IMG/VR virus record: IMGVR_UViG_3300027908_000026
Reading direction: 5' to 3' (one strand)
Length of the DNA stretch: 64,000 nucleotides
DNA from: a virus
The notes under the pieces are model-generated. The model searched no databases. It saw nothing but the letters and a program-made list of their open reading frames with translations, and was not told the origin of the DNA. Shown here piece by piece: positions 10,017 to 20,064 of this stretch. A program made the position numbers and the translations under genes. Numbering within the stretch: position 1 is the first letter of the stretch; each line of letters begins with the position of its first letter.

Positions 10017-11422
10017 TGGATTTCAACGAGTTAGATTTAGTAATCCTTAAGACTATTCTCACGAATAGAAAGTACTCGCTAGAATTCGTGCATGAATGCA
10101 ATGAAAAAATATTCTCTAAAGATCTGTGGCGCTTCGCTAAATTAATTATTGACTATATTAGAGTCTATAAAGATGTGCCAACTAAAAGAGTTATTTTAGA
10201 GAGGGTTAAAGCAAATAAGAATGAAGCACTAGCTGAGTATGCCAGCCAAGTATTTTCTAAACTTGATTCTATTCGGTATGATGATAAGGAATACAAACAC
10301 GATCTTGAGAAGATTAAGAATCGATTCGCTGAAGAATTACTTGCAACCCTAAAAGATAATTTGGGACAAGATGTGAAGAAGGGCATGAATGAAATTCAGT
10401 CAGTCCTCGGGCATATCAAGAGTGTCAATCAAGTAAAAGCTTATGAACAGCACACGTTAAAAGAATCTCTTGCTGATTTCAGAACAAGATATACAGCAAA
10501 GCTAAACGATCCGAATTTTGGAGTTGGTCTAGCTACAGGTTATTCATTTTTTGATTTTACAACAGGCGGTCTTCGTCCTGGTGAAATGCTTTTAATTGGT
10601 GCAGACACAGGCGGGGGTAAATCTGCATTGTTAATGAATATGGCTCTCAACATGTGGATGCAAGGTAATACTATAGACATGGAAAAAGATTTCAAGGAAG
10701 GTTGTGATGTTTTATACTTCTCTCTCGAAATGCCTTTTGATGATTGTCAGGAAAGAGTTCTTGCAAGACTTGGTATGGTTCCTCAGAAGAGTATAAGGGA
10801 TGCAAGGCTTAAAGAAGACGAGGGTAGAAACCTAGCTAAAGCAACAAAGTTCATTGAGAATTATCCTTGGGATTTCGAAATGGTTGACGTTCCTCGCGGT
10901 GCCTCGATAGAAACCATAGAACTTATCTTTAATGATATATCGACGCGCAGACGCAAGCCTAGGGTAGTTGTTGTAGATTATCTTACTCTTATGGATTATA
11001 AAGAGCAGGAAATGGATGATTGGTTAAAGCAAGGTAAGATAGCCGAACAGCTACACGAATTTGGTCGTGTACATGAGGTTGTTATGTTAAGTGCGGTTCA
11101 GCTAAACGATCCGAAGGCAGGCAGCAATAAGTCTCCTGAATCTCAGATCGGCCTCCATAGGATTGGTCGCTCTAAAATGATCATGCATAATGCCAATTTT
11201 GGTATTCAAATTGAGAAGCGCGCTAACGAAGAACAGTTCCCAGATATGCCACTTCATCTTATAAAAAGCCGTAGAACAGAGCTAGCAAGAGGTAAGATAT
11301 ATAAGAACTTTGCTTGTTGTGCTTTGTTAAATGACCCTCACATAACCAATGTGGAAACATATAATTCAGACGATCTTAGCGATAAGATTGCATTATTTAA
11401 CAGAACAGACAACGATGAGTGA
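10016..11422 (+). CDS. dnaB: DnaB-like replicative helicase
   Basis: GADTGGGKS, YFSLEM, VVVDYLTLM, SAVQLN. Confidence 0.9.
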   Translation: MDFNELDLVILKTILTNRKYSLEFVHECNEKIFSKDLWRFAKLIIDYIRVYKDVPTKRVILERVKANKNEALAEYASQVFSKLDSIRYDDKEYKHDLEKIKNRFAEELLATLKDNLGQDVKKGMNEIQSVLGHIKSVNQVKAYEQHTLKESLADFRTRYTAKLNDPNFGVGLATGYSFFDFTTGGLRPGEMLLIGADTGGGKSALLMNMALNMWMQGNTIDMEKDFKEGCDVLYFSLEMPFDDCQERVLARLGMVPQKSIRDARLKEDEGRNLAKATKFIENYPWDFEMVDVPRGASIETIELIFNDISTRRRKPRVVVVDYLTLMDYKEQEMDDWLKQGKIAEQLHEFGRVHEVVMLSAVQLNDPKAGSNKSPESQIGLHRIGRSKMIMHNANFGIQIEKRANEEQFPDMPLHLIKSRRTELARGKIYKNFACCALLNDPHITNVETYNSDDLSDKIALFNRTDNDE

Positions 11423-11443
11423 TATAGAAAGTACGGAGAAATA

Positions 11444-11758
11444 ATGCCAACATATTTATACGAATGCCAGGTCCATGGTGAATTTGAAGAGTACCACTCA
11501 ATGTCAAAAATGTTAGAGGTATGCCCTAAATGCCAAGAGGCAGGACTGGAACCACAAAAACTTAAGCAGTTAATAAACTGCAGCTCAAAAGGAGTAGTTG
11601 AGCTTACCGGACATGAACTTATTCAAAAAACAAAAGAAGACGCCCAAAAGTTCAAAAAGGAAGTATATTCTTCGGAAAAATTATATGCTAACGTGTTATC
11701 AGAAAATAATTATCAAAATTTACAAACTCAAATCGATAAAAATAAAAGGAGAAGCTAA
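11444..11758 (+). CDS. FmdB-family zinc-ribbon protein
   Basis: MPTYLYECQVHG...CPKC. Confidence 0.75.
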   Translation: MPTYLYECQVHGEFEEYHSMSKMLEVCPKCQEAGLEPQKLKQLINCSSKGVVELTGHELIQKTKEDAQKFKKEVYSSEKLYANVLSENNYQNLQTQIDKNKRRS

Positions 11759-11782
11759 ATATCAATAAATTAGTATTAATAT

Positions 11783-12709
11783 GTGCCACCAAAATTTACG
11801 CAAGATTATTTCATACAAAAATCTAAGACAATTTTTGGCAATCTATTTGATTATTCAAAAGTAAATTATGTTAACAGCAGAACTCCGGTGATACTTATCT
11901 GCTCCAAACACGGAGAGTTTTCTACCATACCAAAAGATCATTTGTGTTATAAAAGGGGATGTATTATTTGTAGTGGATCAAGACACGATCAGCTATGGTT
12001 CATTACTGAGGCATTAAAAATTCATGGAAATAGATTTGATTATACAAAATCAGTTTTTACAGGAGTAAAAAGCAAGCTGGTCATAACCTGTAAGGTGCAC
12101 GGTGATTTCTTGCAGAGTCCTGATAAACATATAACCGGAGAGCAAGGTTGTCCAAAATGCAAAAAGTCGTACAAAAAAGATATAGAATATGTAATAGAAC
12201 TTGGAAATAAAGTTCATAACTATAAATATGATTATTCTAAATCTATATATACAAGTATGTGTAATTCAAAAATTGAAATAATATGCCCCATCCACGGTTC
12301 TTTTTGGCAATTACCAAGTAATCACATACATGGGAAACATGGATGTCCACTTTGCCCAATAAGTATTTCGTGTAAAGAAACACAATGGTTAGATGTTTTG
12401 CGTATTCCTGACGATTCCAAGCATAGAAATGTTTCTATTAAAATAGGAAAAAAACGATTTGTTGTCGATGGGTTCGATCCAGAAACCAATACAGTATATG
12501 AATTCTATGGGGATTATTGGCACGGCAATATAAATATATTTGGTAGTAGGCAATTAAATAAACAAGTAGGAAAAACATTTGGGTACCTAAATAAAAAAAC
12601 TTCTGATAGAGAAAAATTATTAATAAATAATGGTTTTAATATAGTCTCTATATGGGAAAAAGATTTTGATTCAATCTTTTTAAAGAAAACCAGGAAAGTG
12701 AGAAAGTAA
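11783..12709 (+). mobile_element. Free-standing homing-endonuclease-like gene: repeated CxxHGxF...GCxxC modules plus Vsr/PD-(D/E)xK-like nuclease domain
   Basis: Three Y(S/T)K...CxxHG.F...GC..C repeats; VDGFDPETNTVYEFYGDYWHG; IVSIWE. Confidence 0.75.
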
Positions 12710-13069
12710 ATGAAAAATCTAGCTGAGAAAATTCAGTTTGTAAAGGACTTCTTAAAAGGATTACCGGAGGTCAGTCAGCAGCCAATCTCTATAGAAGATG
12801 TTAGATATGGTGTTGTAGATTCGTTTTTGTTTTCAAAAGTAAAACCGGACACTAATAGTGTTTATACTAATGCCAGATTGATACATACTGGTTTTGATTC
12901 AATCAAAGACTTTGTTGCATTTGCAAAAGCAAATTTTCAAGCACAATCATTAAATGGAAAAACGTTAATTGCTTATAGGCCACTCAGCAACAACTATCAC
13001 TTTCAATTAGTAAAAGTCTTTAATATAAAGAAACCTGATGACTTAGATAAATATTTAGTACTGATGTGA
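12710..13069 (+). CDS. Hypothetical protein with C-tag (outside main array)
   Basis: Ends PDDLDKYLVLM*. Confidence 0.7.
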   Translation: MKNLAEKIQFVKDFLKGLPEVSQQPISIEDVRYGVVDSFLFSKVKPDTNSVYTNARLIHTGFDSIKDFVAFAKANFQAQSLNGKTLIAYRPLSNNYHFQLVKVFNIKKPDDLDKYLVLM

Positions 13070-13077
13070 GGAATAAA

Positions 13078-13323
13078 ATGACTGATAACAAAGATGATAA
13101 ACCAGATAGCAAAAAAGTAATTCTAGATCATACAATTAAAGAACTAGAAAAAATGATGCATGCTATAAAAAATGGACAAGTGCCAACACTATCTAAGTCT
13201 ATTAAGAAGCTTGCTGACATAGTTGATGTGGCTGAAAAGAAAGTCAAAGAAAACAAAGTCGATGACAAAGAACTTGATGCTGTCTTTGATAAGATAGCAA
13301 AAGACATTACTAACAAGAAATAA
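13078..13323 (+). CDS. Hypothetical charged helical protein
   Basis: ORF in operon, GAGG upstream. Confidence 0.65.
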   Translation: MTDNKDDKPDSKKVILDHTIKELEKMMHAIKNGQVPTLSKSIKKLADIVDVAEKKVKENKVDDKELDAVFDKIAKDITNKK

Positions 13324-13328
13324 CTAAA

Positions 13329-13646
13329 ATGATTTATGAATATAAATGTGATATTCACGGCGTTTTTGAAACGCAACAATCCGTTAAAGATGAGCCCCTT
13401 GATCGTTGTCCGAAATGCGTAGAAGAGGGACTTGTCGAATATCACTGTGAGCACTGCAATTCAACAGTCGGAATACCAGATGAACTAGAAATAGATCATA
13501 TTTATCATATGGATAGAAATAACATCATATGTAAAGGTTGTGGAGCCGAACTTGCACCGCAGTGGCGTAAACCAAAAAAACTCATTAGTCTCTCTTCTTT
13601 TTCGCTCCGTGGGGGCGGGTGGGCAAGTTCTGGATACAGCAAGTGA
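13329..13646 (+). CDS. FmdB-family zinc-ribbon protein with an inserted second Cys cluster
   Basis: MIYEYKCDIHG...CPKC, inserted CEHC...CKGC, terminal SSFSLRGGGWASSGY. Confidence 0.75.
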   Translation: MIYEYKCDIHGVFETQQSVKDEPLDRCPKCVEEGLVEYHCEHCNSTVGIPDELEIDHIYHMDRNNIICKGCGAELAPQWRKPKKLISLSSFSLRGGGWASSGYSK

Positions 13647-13650
13647 TGCC

Positions 13651-13797
13651 ATGCCTAAATCACCGAAATCAACTAAAAATCCAAAACTAAAAAAGATAAT
13701 AAAAATCCTCAGGTTCCTGCTAACCATAGAAGATATGGAAGTAATCAAATCTTCTGTGGAATCAATTATTGAACAGCTTGAAGAAGAAATTAGTTGA
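13651..13797 (+). CDS. Small hypothetical protein (48 aa)
   Basis: In-frame ATG just after upstream stop; fills operon gap. Confidence 0.5.
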   Translation: MPKSPKSTKNPKLKKIIKILRFLLTIEDMEVIKSSVESIIEQLEEEIS

Positions 13798-14082
13798 TAC
13801 AAATATCAATAATAGAATATGTATTTACAATCTTGAAGACACAAAGTATACAGGGGCATGACATGAATTCTTACACATACAAAGTTCTTTCTAATGAAAC
13901 CGTTTTGGATAAACTTTGGAGTGAGAATTACACTACAACCCTTATTGAAATATTGATCCAATTAGAATTTTAATTCACTACCAGTTTGACGACAGGTTGA
14001 CCGGTTGATTGTTTTATTTGTTAAAGGCAATTCGTAGCTAAGGTAGTGATTATGATAACTGATTACTCAAAGGATCTAAATT

Positions 14083-14712
14083 ATGTTAAGTATGGATGAA
14101 GCTCAACAACTAATGGAGAAACTAGTTGATCTCCGTGCTAAAGCAAAAACAACAAACGCCCTGAAAGATATTCGGGCTTTCAAAAAACACGAAACTCTGT
14201 GTGTTGAAAAATTCAAATATCTTGTCTCTATGAGAACAGATAGATATCGTGGATTTTATAATTATGAAGATCTTAATCAAGAAGGAATGGAAGCCTTATT
14301 GAAAGGTATGAATAATTATGATCCAAAAAAAGGAAATGCATTTTGGTGGTTTCACAAATATATTGAGACGAGAATTTCTCGTAGTGCAAACTTACATACT
14401 ACAATTAGGTATCCGCTTAAGTTTGCAAAACTAAATACTCCTCACAAAGAATCGGTACTTCCGATACTGATTGAGGGAAGATTTTGTCCAGACAAAAATC
14501 TGGAAAGTGCCGAAGTGTTGAAAGTAATACAATCAGCAATGGAGCACTTGAATAAAGAACAGCAAGATATTATAAGTCTAGCTTATGGATTTGATGGAGA
14601 TAAACCATTATCCATAAATAAGATCTGTAAGAAAATGAATATGTCGCGTCTTAATTGCATTAAAGCTATTAGCAGCGCGTTGAATGTCCTTAAACAGAAC
14701 ATTCGCTTATAA
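14083..14712 (+). CDS. RNA polymerase sigma-70-family factor
   Basis: Region 2-like YEDLNQEGMEALLKGMNNYDPKKG; region 4-like HTH LSINKICKKMNMSR. Confidence 0.85.
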   Translation: MLSMDEAQQLMEKLVDLRAKAKTTNALKDIRAFKKHETLCVEKFKYLVSMRTDRYRGFYNYEDLNQEGMEALLKGMNNYDPKKGNAFWWFHKYIETRISRSANLHTTIRYPLKFAKLNTPHKESVLPILIEGRFCPDKNLESAEVLKVIQSAMEHLNKEQQDIISLAYGFDGDKPLSINKICKKMNMSRLNCIKAISSALNVLKQNIRL

Positions 14713-14743
14713 AAATACAACAATGTTCCGAGAGATTTTATAT

Positions 14744-14768
14744 ATCTTATCGGTATAGGATTTTTTTT
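14744..14768 (+). terminator. Possible weak intrinsic terminator after sigma gene
   Basis: ATCTTAT-cggt-ATAGGAT stem followed by a T run. Confidence 0.35.
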
Positions 14769-14785
14769 CTCAAAAATGAGGTTTC

Positions 14786-15766
14786 ATGACTTTACTTACC
14801 CCACGTCCCACATACGCACCATTTGAATACCCGCAGGCATATAAATATTGGGAGCTGCAGCAGCAGTCTCATTGGTTACATCACGAAGTATCAATGGCAT
14901 CTGATATTAATGATTGGAAACTAAATTTATCTGAATCCGAAAAACGTATTATTGGACATATCTTAAAGGGATTTACCCAATCTGAAGTATTTATACAAGA
15001 ATACTGGGGCCAGATGGTTGGCAAGTGGTTTAAGAAACCTGAAATACAGATGATGGCAGCAACTTTCTCTGCGTTTGAATCAATCCACGCTGTAGCGTAT
15101 GCTTATCTCAATCAATCTTTGGGCTTGGAAGATTTTGATGCATTTCTACATGAACCAACCGCAAAGGCTAAAATAGATCGTCTCATGAGTACCAAAGGAA
15201 AAAGCAAAGAAGAAATAGCAAGAAGTTTAGCTATATTTTCTGCCTTTAATGAAGGAGTTAATCTTTTTTCGTCATTTGCTGTACTGCTGAACTTTTCAAG
15301 ATTTAATAAATTGAAGGGGGTTGGACAAATGATTGCTTTCTCAATCAAAGACGAATCGTTGCATTCGGATGCAGGTTGTTGGTTATTCAGGACACTGGTT
15401 GAGGAGTATCCCGAAATTTTAACAGATACCTTAAAGGCGGAAATCTATGATGCGGCGAGATTAACCGTTGAGCTTGAGGACGCGTTTATATCCAAGGCTT
15501 TTGAAAATGATACGCTTGAAGGCATAGATAGTCATGACCTAAAAACATTTATCAGATTCAGAACAAATACAAAACTAGGAGATTTGGGTCTAAAGAAAGT
15601 GTGGAAAAATATTGACAAGGATGCACTCGAAAGAATGTCGTGGTTTGATGTCATGAGTGCTGGTGTTAATCACAGTGATTTTTTTGCGAGTCGTGTTTCA
15701 GATTACGCGAAGGGGGCAATTGATTTTTCAACAATTTGGGAAAAAAATGAAGGTGATAGTAAATGA
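14786..15766 (+). CDS. nrdB: Ribonucleotide reductase class Ia beta subunit
   Basis: Di-iron ligands in ESIHAVAY, EGVNLFSSF, DESLHS. Confidence 0.92.
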   Translation: MTLLTPRPTYAPFEYPQAYKYWELQQQSHWLHHEVSMASDINDWKLNLSESEKRIIGHILKGFTQSEVFIQEYWGQMVGKWFKKPEIQMMAATFSAFESIHAVAYAYLNQSLGLEDFDAFLHEPTAKAKIDRLMSTKGKSKEEIARSLAIFSAFNEGVNLFSSFAVLLNFSRFNKLKGVGQMIAFSIKDESLHSDAGCWLFRTLVEEYPEILTDTLKAEIYDAARLTVELEDAFISKAFENDTLEGIDSHDLKTFIRFRTNTKLGDLGLKKVWKNIDKDALERMSWFDVMSAGVNHSDFFASRVSDYAKGAIDFSTIWEKNEGDSK

Positions 15767-17460
15767 GTACATTAGATCAATTAAAATTAGATGGTGAAGC
15801 TCCAAAGTTTATGGATGAATTTGGATTAAGAACACTTTCCGCCGGTTATCTTCTTCCGGGCGAAACTCCCAAAACTATGTACGTTCGTGTTGCTAAAGCT
15901 GCAGCAAGTTATTATAGCGATTCGAAATACTGGGAGAAAAAATTTTTTGATGTTATGTGGAACAATTGGTTTTGCCCAGCTTCGCCAGTTCTATCGAATC
16001 TTGGAACAGAGAGGGGCCTTCCAATTTCGTGTAATTCTATTCACGTTGGTGATAGTCTTGATTCTATTTTTATGAAGAACTATGAATTAGCTGTACTTTC
16101 TAAAAATGGGGCTGGAGTAGGCGTTTATTTTGGTGATATTAGAGGACGCGGAGCTGCTATTAAAGGTAATGGAGCATCAGAAGGTGTTGTCCCGTGGTGT
16201 AAAGTTATAGATCAAACAACAGTGTCAGTTTCCCAAGGTAGCACTCGTCGTGGAGCCTCTGCTATCTATCTTCCAATAGACCACATTGACATTGATGAAT
16301 TTATTAATATAAGAAGACCTACTGGAGATGTTAATCGCAGATGCCTAAATGTTAATCATGGAATTTGTATTTCGGATGATTGGATGAATTCCATGTTAGG
16401 CGGGGATGAAAAGAAAAGAAAAATTTGGGAAAATGTTTTGACCGAACGAGTTCAAACTGGAGAACCATATTTATTTTTCACAGATAACGTAAATAAAAAT
16501 AATCCAGAGTGCTATGTGAAAAATGGGCTCACTGTCAAAACATCAAATATTTGCTCCGAGATTTGTTTGTATACCGATTCTGATCATAGTTTTGTTTGTT
16601 GCCTATCATCTCTAAATTTAGTACGTTGGGAGGAATGGAAAGATACAGATACTGTTAATGTAGCTGTTAGATTTCTAGATGCAGTTTTGGCAGAATATAT
16701 AAAGAAAACTGAAAATATGAAAGGAATGGAAGCATCAAGGAGATCGGCCGTAAAAGGAAGAGCAATAGGTATTGGTGTTTTAGGGTGGCACACTATGCTG
16801 CAGGAAAAAGGATTACCTTTTGATTGTTTCGATACAATGCAGTTAAACGCTCAAATTTTCAAACATATAAATACAAAAGCCAATGAAGAATCAGAGTTTC
16901 TTGCTAGGGAGCTTGGTGAGCCAGAATGGTGTAAGGGTTTCAATAGACGCAATACTCATTTGATTGCGGTAGCTCCTACAGTGTCAAACTCAACAATTTC
17001 TGGGGGACACAGTGCTGGCATAGAGCCAATATCTGCAAATGTGTTTACACAAAAATCTGCAAAAGGAACCTTTATAAGGAAAAATCTAACTTTAGAAAAG
17101 CTTTTAGAGAGTAAGGGCCAAAATACACCAGATGTATGGAAGTCAATTAATGAGCAGAACGGAAGTGTCCAGCATCTAAAATGTCTAAATGAACGAGAGA
17201 AAGAGATATTCTTAACTGCTAGAGAAATAAACCAACATGTTCTGATAAAACTTGCTGTACAGAGGCAAAAATGGATTGATCAAGCCCAATCAGTTAATTT
17301 ATTCTTTGCTATTAATTCTTCTCCAAAATATATTCATGATGTTCATCTAGCAGCGTGGAAAAATGGGTTGAAAACGCTATATTATCTTCGCAGTGATGGT
17401 GTTATAAAAAGTGATCTTGCATCTAGAAGTGAAAATGAATGTAAAGCTTGTGAAGCATAA
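15763..17460 (+). CDS. nrdA: Ribonucleotide reductase class I alpha subunit (no ATP cone)
   Basis: PISCN, SNICSEI, CCLSSLNL, APTVSNS, TLYYLR, C-terminal CKACEA. Confidence 0.92.
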   Translation: MSTLDQLKLDGEAPKFMDEFGLRTLSAGYLLPGETPKTMYVRVAKAAASYYSDSKYWEKKFFDVMWNNWFCPASPVLSNLGTERGLPISCNSIHVGDSLDSIFMKNYELAVLSKNGAGVGVYFGDIRGRGAAIKGNGASEGVVPWCKVIDQTTVSVSQGSTRRGASAIYLPIDHIDIDEFINIRRPTGDVNRRCLNVNHGICISDDWMNSMLGGDEKKRKIWENVLTERVQTGEPYLFFTDNVNKNNPECYVKNGLTVKTSNICSEICLYTDSDHSFVCCLSSLNLVRWEEWKDTDTVNVAVRFLDAVLAEYIKKTENMKGMEASRRSAVKGRAIGIGVLGWHTMLQEKGLPFDCFDTMQLNAQIFKHINTKANEESEFLARELGEPEWCKGFNRRNTHLIAVAPTVSNSTISGGHSAGIEPISANVFTQKSAKGTFIRKNLTLEKLLESKGQNTPDVWKSINEQNGSVQHLKCLNEREKEIFLTAREINQHVLIKLAVQRQKWIDQAQSVNLFFAINSSPKYIHDVHLAAWKNGLKTLYYLRSDGVIKSDLASRSENECKACEA

Positions 17461-17492
17461 TGTATCAATTATTAGGCATTTCTATATAAGTA

Positions 17493-17867
17493 ATGCGTTA
17501 TACAATCTTACTTAACAAAGACGGTAAAACTAAAGAAACTGAGGCGCAGGAACAAGCGCGCTTTGTTAAGGCTGTACTAGAGGCTCACGGAGTTCCAATT
17601 GAAAACTGGAACCCTGATGAGCCTTTTTCTGTTGATGAAAAAATAAAGTTCAGGAAATCTCTTGATGCCTTTAACATTCATGTAGTGGATAATCAGGATG
17701 GCGGACTAAAGATTTATGCTAACAATGAATTAATTGGGGAATGGAAAAAAGCAAAATATAAATTGAAGGAAGATTTACTTCAAGTTGATCCAGGTAAAAG
17801 ATTATATTATGAAATGCACGTAAATTTTTGGAGTATTTTCGAGGGAAATGATGGCGAAAAAAGTTGA
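17493..17867 (+). CDS. Hypothetical protein
   Basis: 124-aa ORF. Confidence 0.75.
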   Translation: MRYTILLNKDGKTKETEAQEQARFVKAVLEAHGVPIENWNPDEPFSVDEKIKFRKSLDAFNIHVVDNQDGGLKIYANNELIGEWKKAKYKLKEDLLQVDPGKRLYYEMHVNFWSIFEGNDGEKS

Positions 17868-17990
17868 TACCTTATTGATACAATGAGGGAGAATGAATTA
17901 AAGAAATACGGATACAAAATAGTAAGTATATGGGAAAGTGAATTTATTAAAAAGGAACGCAATGAGTACCCGAAAAATCTTCGTACTTGA
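17868..17990 (+). pseudogene. C-terminal remnant of a Vsr-like homing endonuclease
   Basis: TMRENELKKYGYKIVSIWESEF resembles the C-terminus of 11783..12709 (DREKLLINNGFNIVSIWEKDF). Confidence 0.6.
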
Positions 17991-19266
17991 TACCTCGGTG
18001 TTGGTTTATGATCCAAATGCTTACAAGAGTTTCAAAGGAAATAATGTTGTTATTGCAATAACAGTTCTTGACGAGCTTGATAAGATTAAAAAGTTCCCAA
18101 ATGAGTCAGGAAAGAATGCCCGTGTTGCGATTAGAAGTCTTGATGCTATCTCAAGTCTCGGTGAAATACATATCGGCGTACCAATTGATGACGATATTGT
18201 TATCAAAATTGATACATCAGCCTACGGCAGTCTTGGCAGTGATCCAACATATGGTGATTCCAAGATTCTAGCCTGTGCAGCTAAAGTAAATGAAGCAAAC
18301 CCAGATTCTAAAACAATTCTTGTTTCTAAAGATATTAATCTTAGAACTAGAGCGAAAGCATTTGGTATAATAGCACAAGATTATGAGAAAGATAAAATTC
18401 CTTCTTCTGATATGTACGAAGGGTTTCAAACGATCAAGGATGAGGATGCCGGTCTAGCATTATTTACGGCTGGAGTTATTTCATCCCAAGATCATAATTT
18501 AGGGGATTTGTACCCGAACGAGTGTGCCCTCTTCGTTGGCAATGATGAGAAAGGTATTGCTCCTGGGAGGAAGATAAAAGATCAGATTAAGATAATCAAG
18601 GATCAAAAGCCATGGGACCTTGAGCTTAGAAATAAAGAACAATTATTTGCTGCAGATTTGCTTCTAGATGTAAATATTCCTCTCGTTACAATAATTGGTA
18701 AAGCAGGTAGCGGGAAAACATTATTATCTGTAGCATGTGCGCTAGATTTAGTTTTGAATAAAAGAAAGTATGATAGTTTTATTATATATAGACCAATACA
18801 GCCAATGGGCAATGATCTTGGATATTTGCCAGGCACTTTAGATGAGAAGCTAGATCCATGGTTTACACCAATTGACGATGCGTTCGCTTTCCTATTTTCT
18901 GATAAGAGTAGAAAAAAGGATGGTTGGAAAGCACAGCTTCATCAGTACATAGATAATGGAACGATTCAGAAAGAGGCTTTAACCTATATTAGAGGAAGAA
19001 GCATCCCAAACTCTCTTATACTGATAGACGAGTGTCAAAACTTAAGCAAAGAGGAAGTTAAGACTATTTTGACGAGAGCTGGTACTAACACAAAAATAGT
19101 TCTAACTGGAGATATAGAGCAAATAGACAATTCATATCTGGATGCAACCAACAATGGTTTAACTTATATTGTTGAAAAATTCAAAGATTCTGAATTGGCT
19201 GGACATATAACCTTTATGAAAGGTGAGCGTAGCTTGCTGGCCACAAAGGCTTCAGAAATTTTATGA
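17962..19266 (+). CDS. phoH: PIN-PhoH (PhoH2-like) ATPase
   Basis: FVLDTSVL PIN domain; GKAGSGKT, RGRS, IDECQN, LTGDIEQID. Confidence 0.9.
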   Translation: MSTRKIFVLDTSVLVYDPNAYKSFKGNNVVIAITVLDELDKIKKFPNESGKNARVAIRSLDAISSLGEIHIGVPIDDDIVIKIDTSAYGSLGSDPTYGDSKILACAAKVNEANPDSKTILVSKDINLRTRAKAFGIIAQDYEKDKIPSSDMYEGFQTIKDEDAGLALFTAGVISSQDHNLGDLYPNECALFVGNDEKGIAPGRKIKDQIKIIKDQKPWDLELRNKEQLFAADLLLDVNIPLVTIIGKAGSGKTLLSVACALDLVLNKRKYDSFIIYRPIQPMGNDLGYLPGTLDEKLDPWFTPIDDAFAFLFSDKSRKKDGWKAQLHQYIDNGTIQKEALTYIRGRSIPNSLILIDECQNLSKEEVKTILTRAGTNTKIVLTGDIEQIDNSYLDATNNGLTYIVEKFKDSELAGHITFMKGERSLLATKASEIL

Positions 19267-19272
19267 TATTAT

Positions 19273-19313
19273 GCCAATTCATCCACCACCTTCATGCCGG
19301 TGGATGAATTGGC
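19273..19313. terminator. Perfect 15-bp inverted repeat after phoH
   Basis: GCCAATTCATCCACC / GGTGGATGAATTGGC with 11-nt loop; no U-tract. Confidence 0.55.
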
Positions 19314-19472
19314 GATATGAAAAATTGTTTCGAGGTTGATATATGAGTTTCTGTCTGGTATTGGAATGCTATCGGACATTAAACAAAAACTTGCAGAGGC
19401 GCTCTCATAAGAGAGGTTGTTGAGTCAAGAAGTTTCTGGGCTTGTCCCAGAAGTAATTCACAGGAGACGAGA

Positions 19473-19757
19473 ATGACAAAGAATAAAGAACCGCAAATGC
19501 CACAAGAACCCAATGATTTGAAAGTAAGCGTTACAGAAAAACTGGCAGATACTGATAAAATGGCCCTTGAATCAGTGAAAGTTAAGGCAGAGTTGGCACT
19601 TGAGCGAGCGAAAACAGCCGTTTCACAAAGTGAATCCGCAAAATTAATTTATGATAATGTAATTTTACAATTAGCAATGAAATATAAATTAACTGATGGT
19701 GATACTATTGATGATACTGGAGAAATTAAAAGAGTTTCTAAAGAAAAGGCTCAATAA
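19473..19757 (+). CDS. Hypothetical coiled-coil protein
   Basis: AGGAG upstream; helical heptads. Confidence 0.75.
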   Translation: MTKNKEPQMPQEPNDLKVSVTEKLADTDKMALESVKVKAELALERAKTAVSQSESAKLIYDNVILQLAMKYKLTDGDTIDDTGEIKRVSKEKAQ

Positions 19758-20062
19758 TGAGGGTACAAGACATAGCGGATTTAATTACAGTTAGAAACTT
19801 TTTATCAAGCTCAATAGATAATCTAAATATTAAATTATCTAGGGAAGAATTAAAGAATGTCCAAGCTAGAATAACTTTTCTAGATAAGACTATTGTAGAG
19901 CAATCTTTAAAGCTCGACTTGTCAAGAATGTCAACTGATGCTATAGTTCGTCAGTGGCAATCAACAGAACCTGTTGAGACTGTCGCCGAGAGAGTACAGA
20001 AGGCCATTAAGATTAATAATGATGGGTCAGTTACTGTCGAGGCTCCCGCTGAAGAAAAGTAA
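19757..20062 (+). CDS. Hypothetical protein
   Basis: TAATG coupling to upstream gene. Confidence 0.7.
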   Translation: MRVQDIADLITVRNFLSSSIDNLNIKLSREELKNVQARITFLDKTIVEQSLKLDLSRMSTDAIVRQWQSTEPVETVAERVQKAIKINNDGSVTVEAPAEEK

Positions 20063-20064
20063 TT

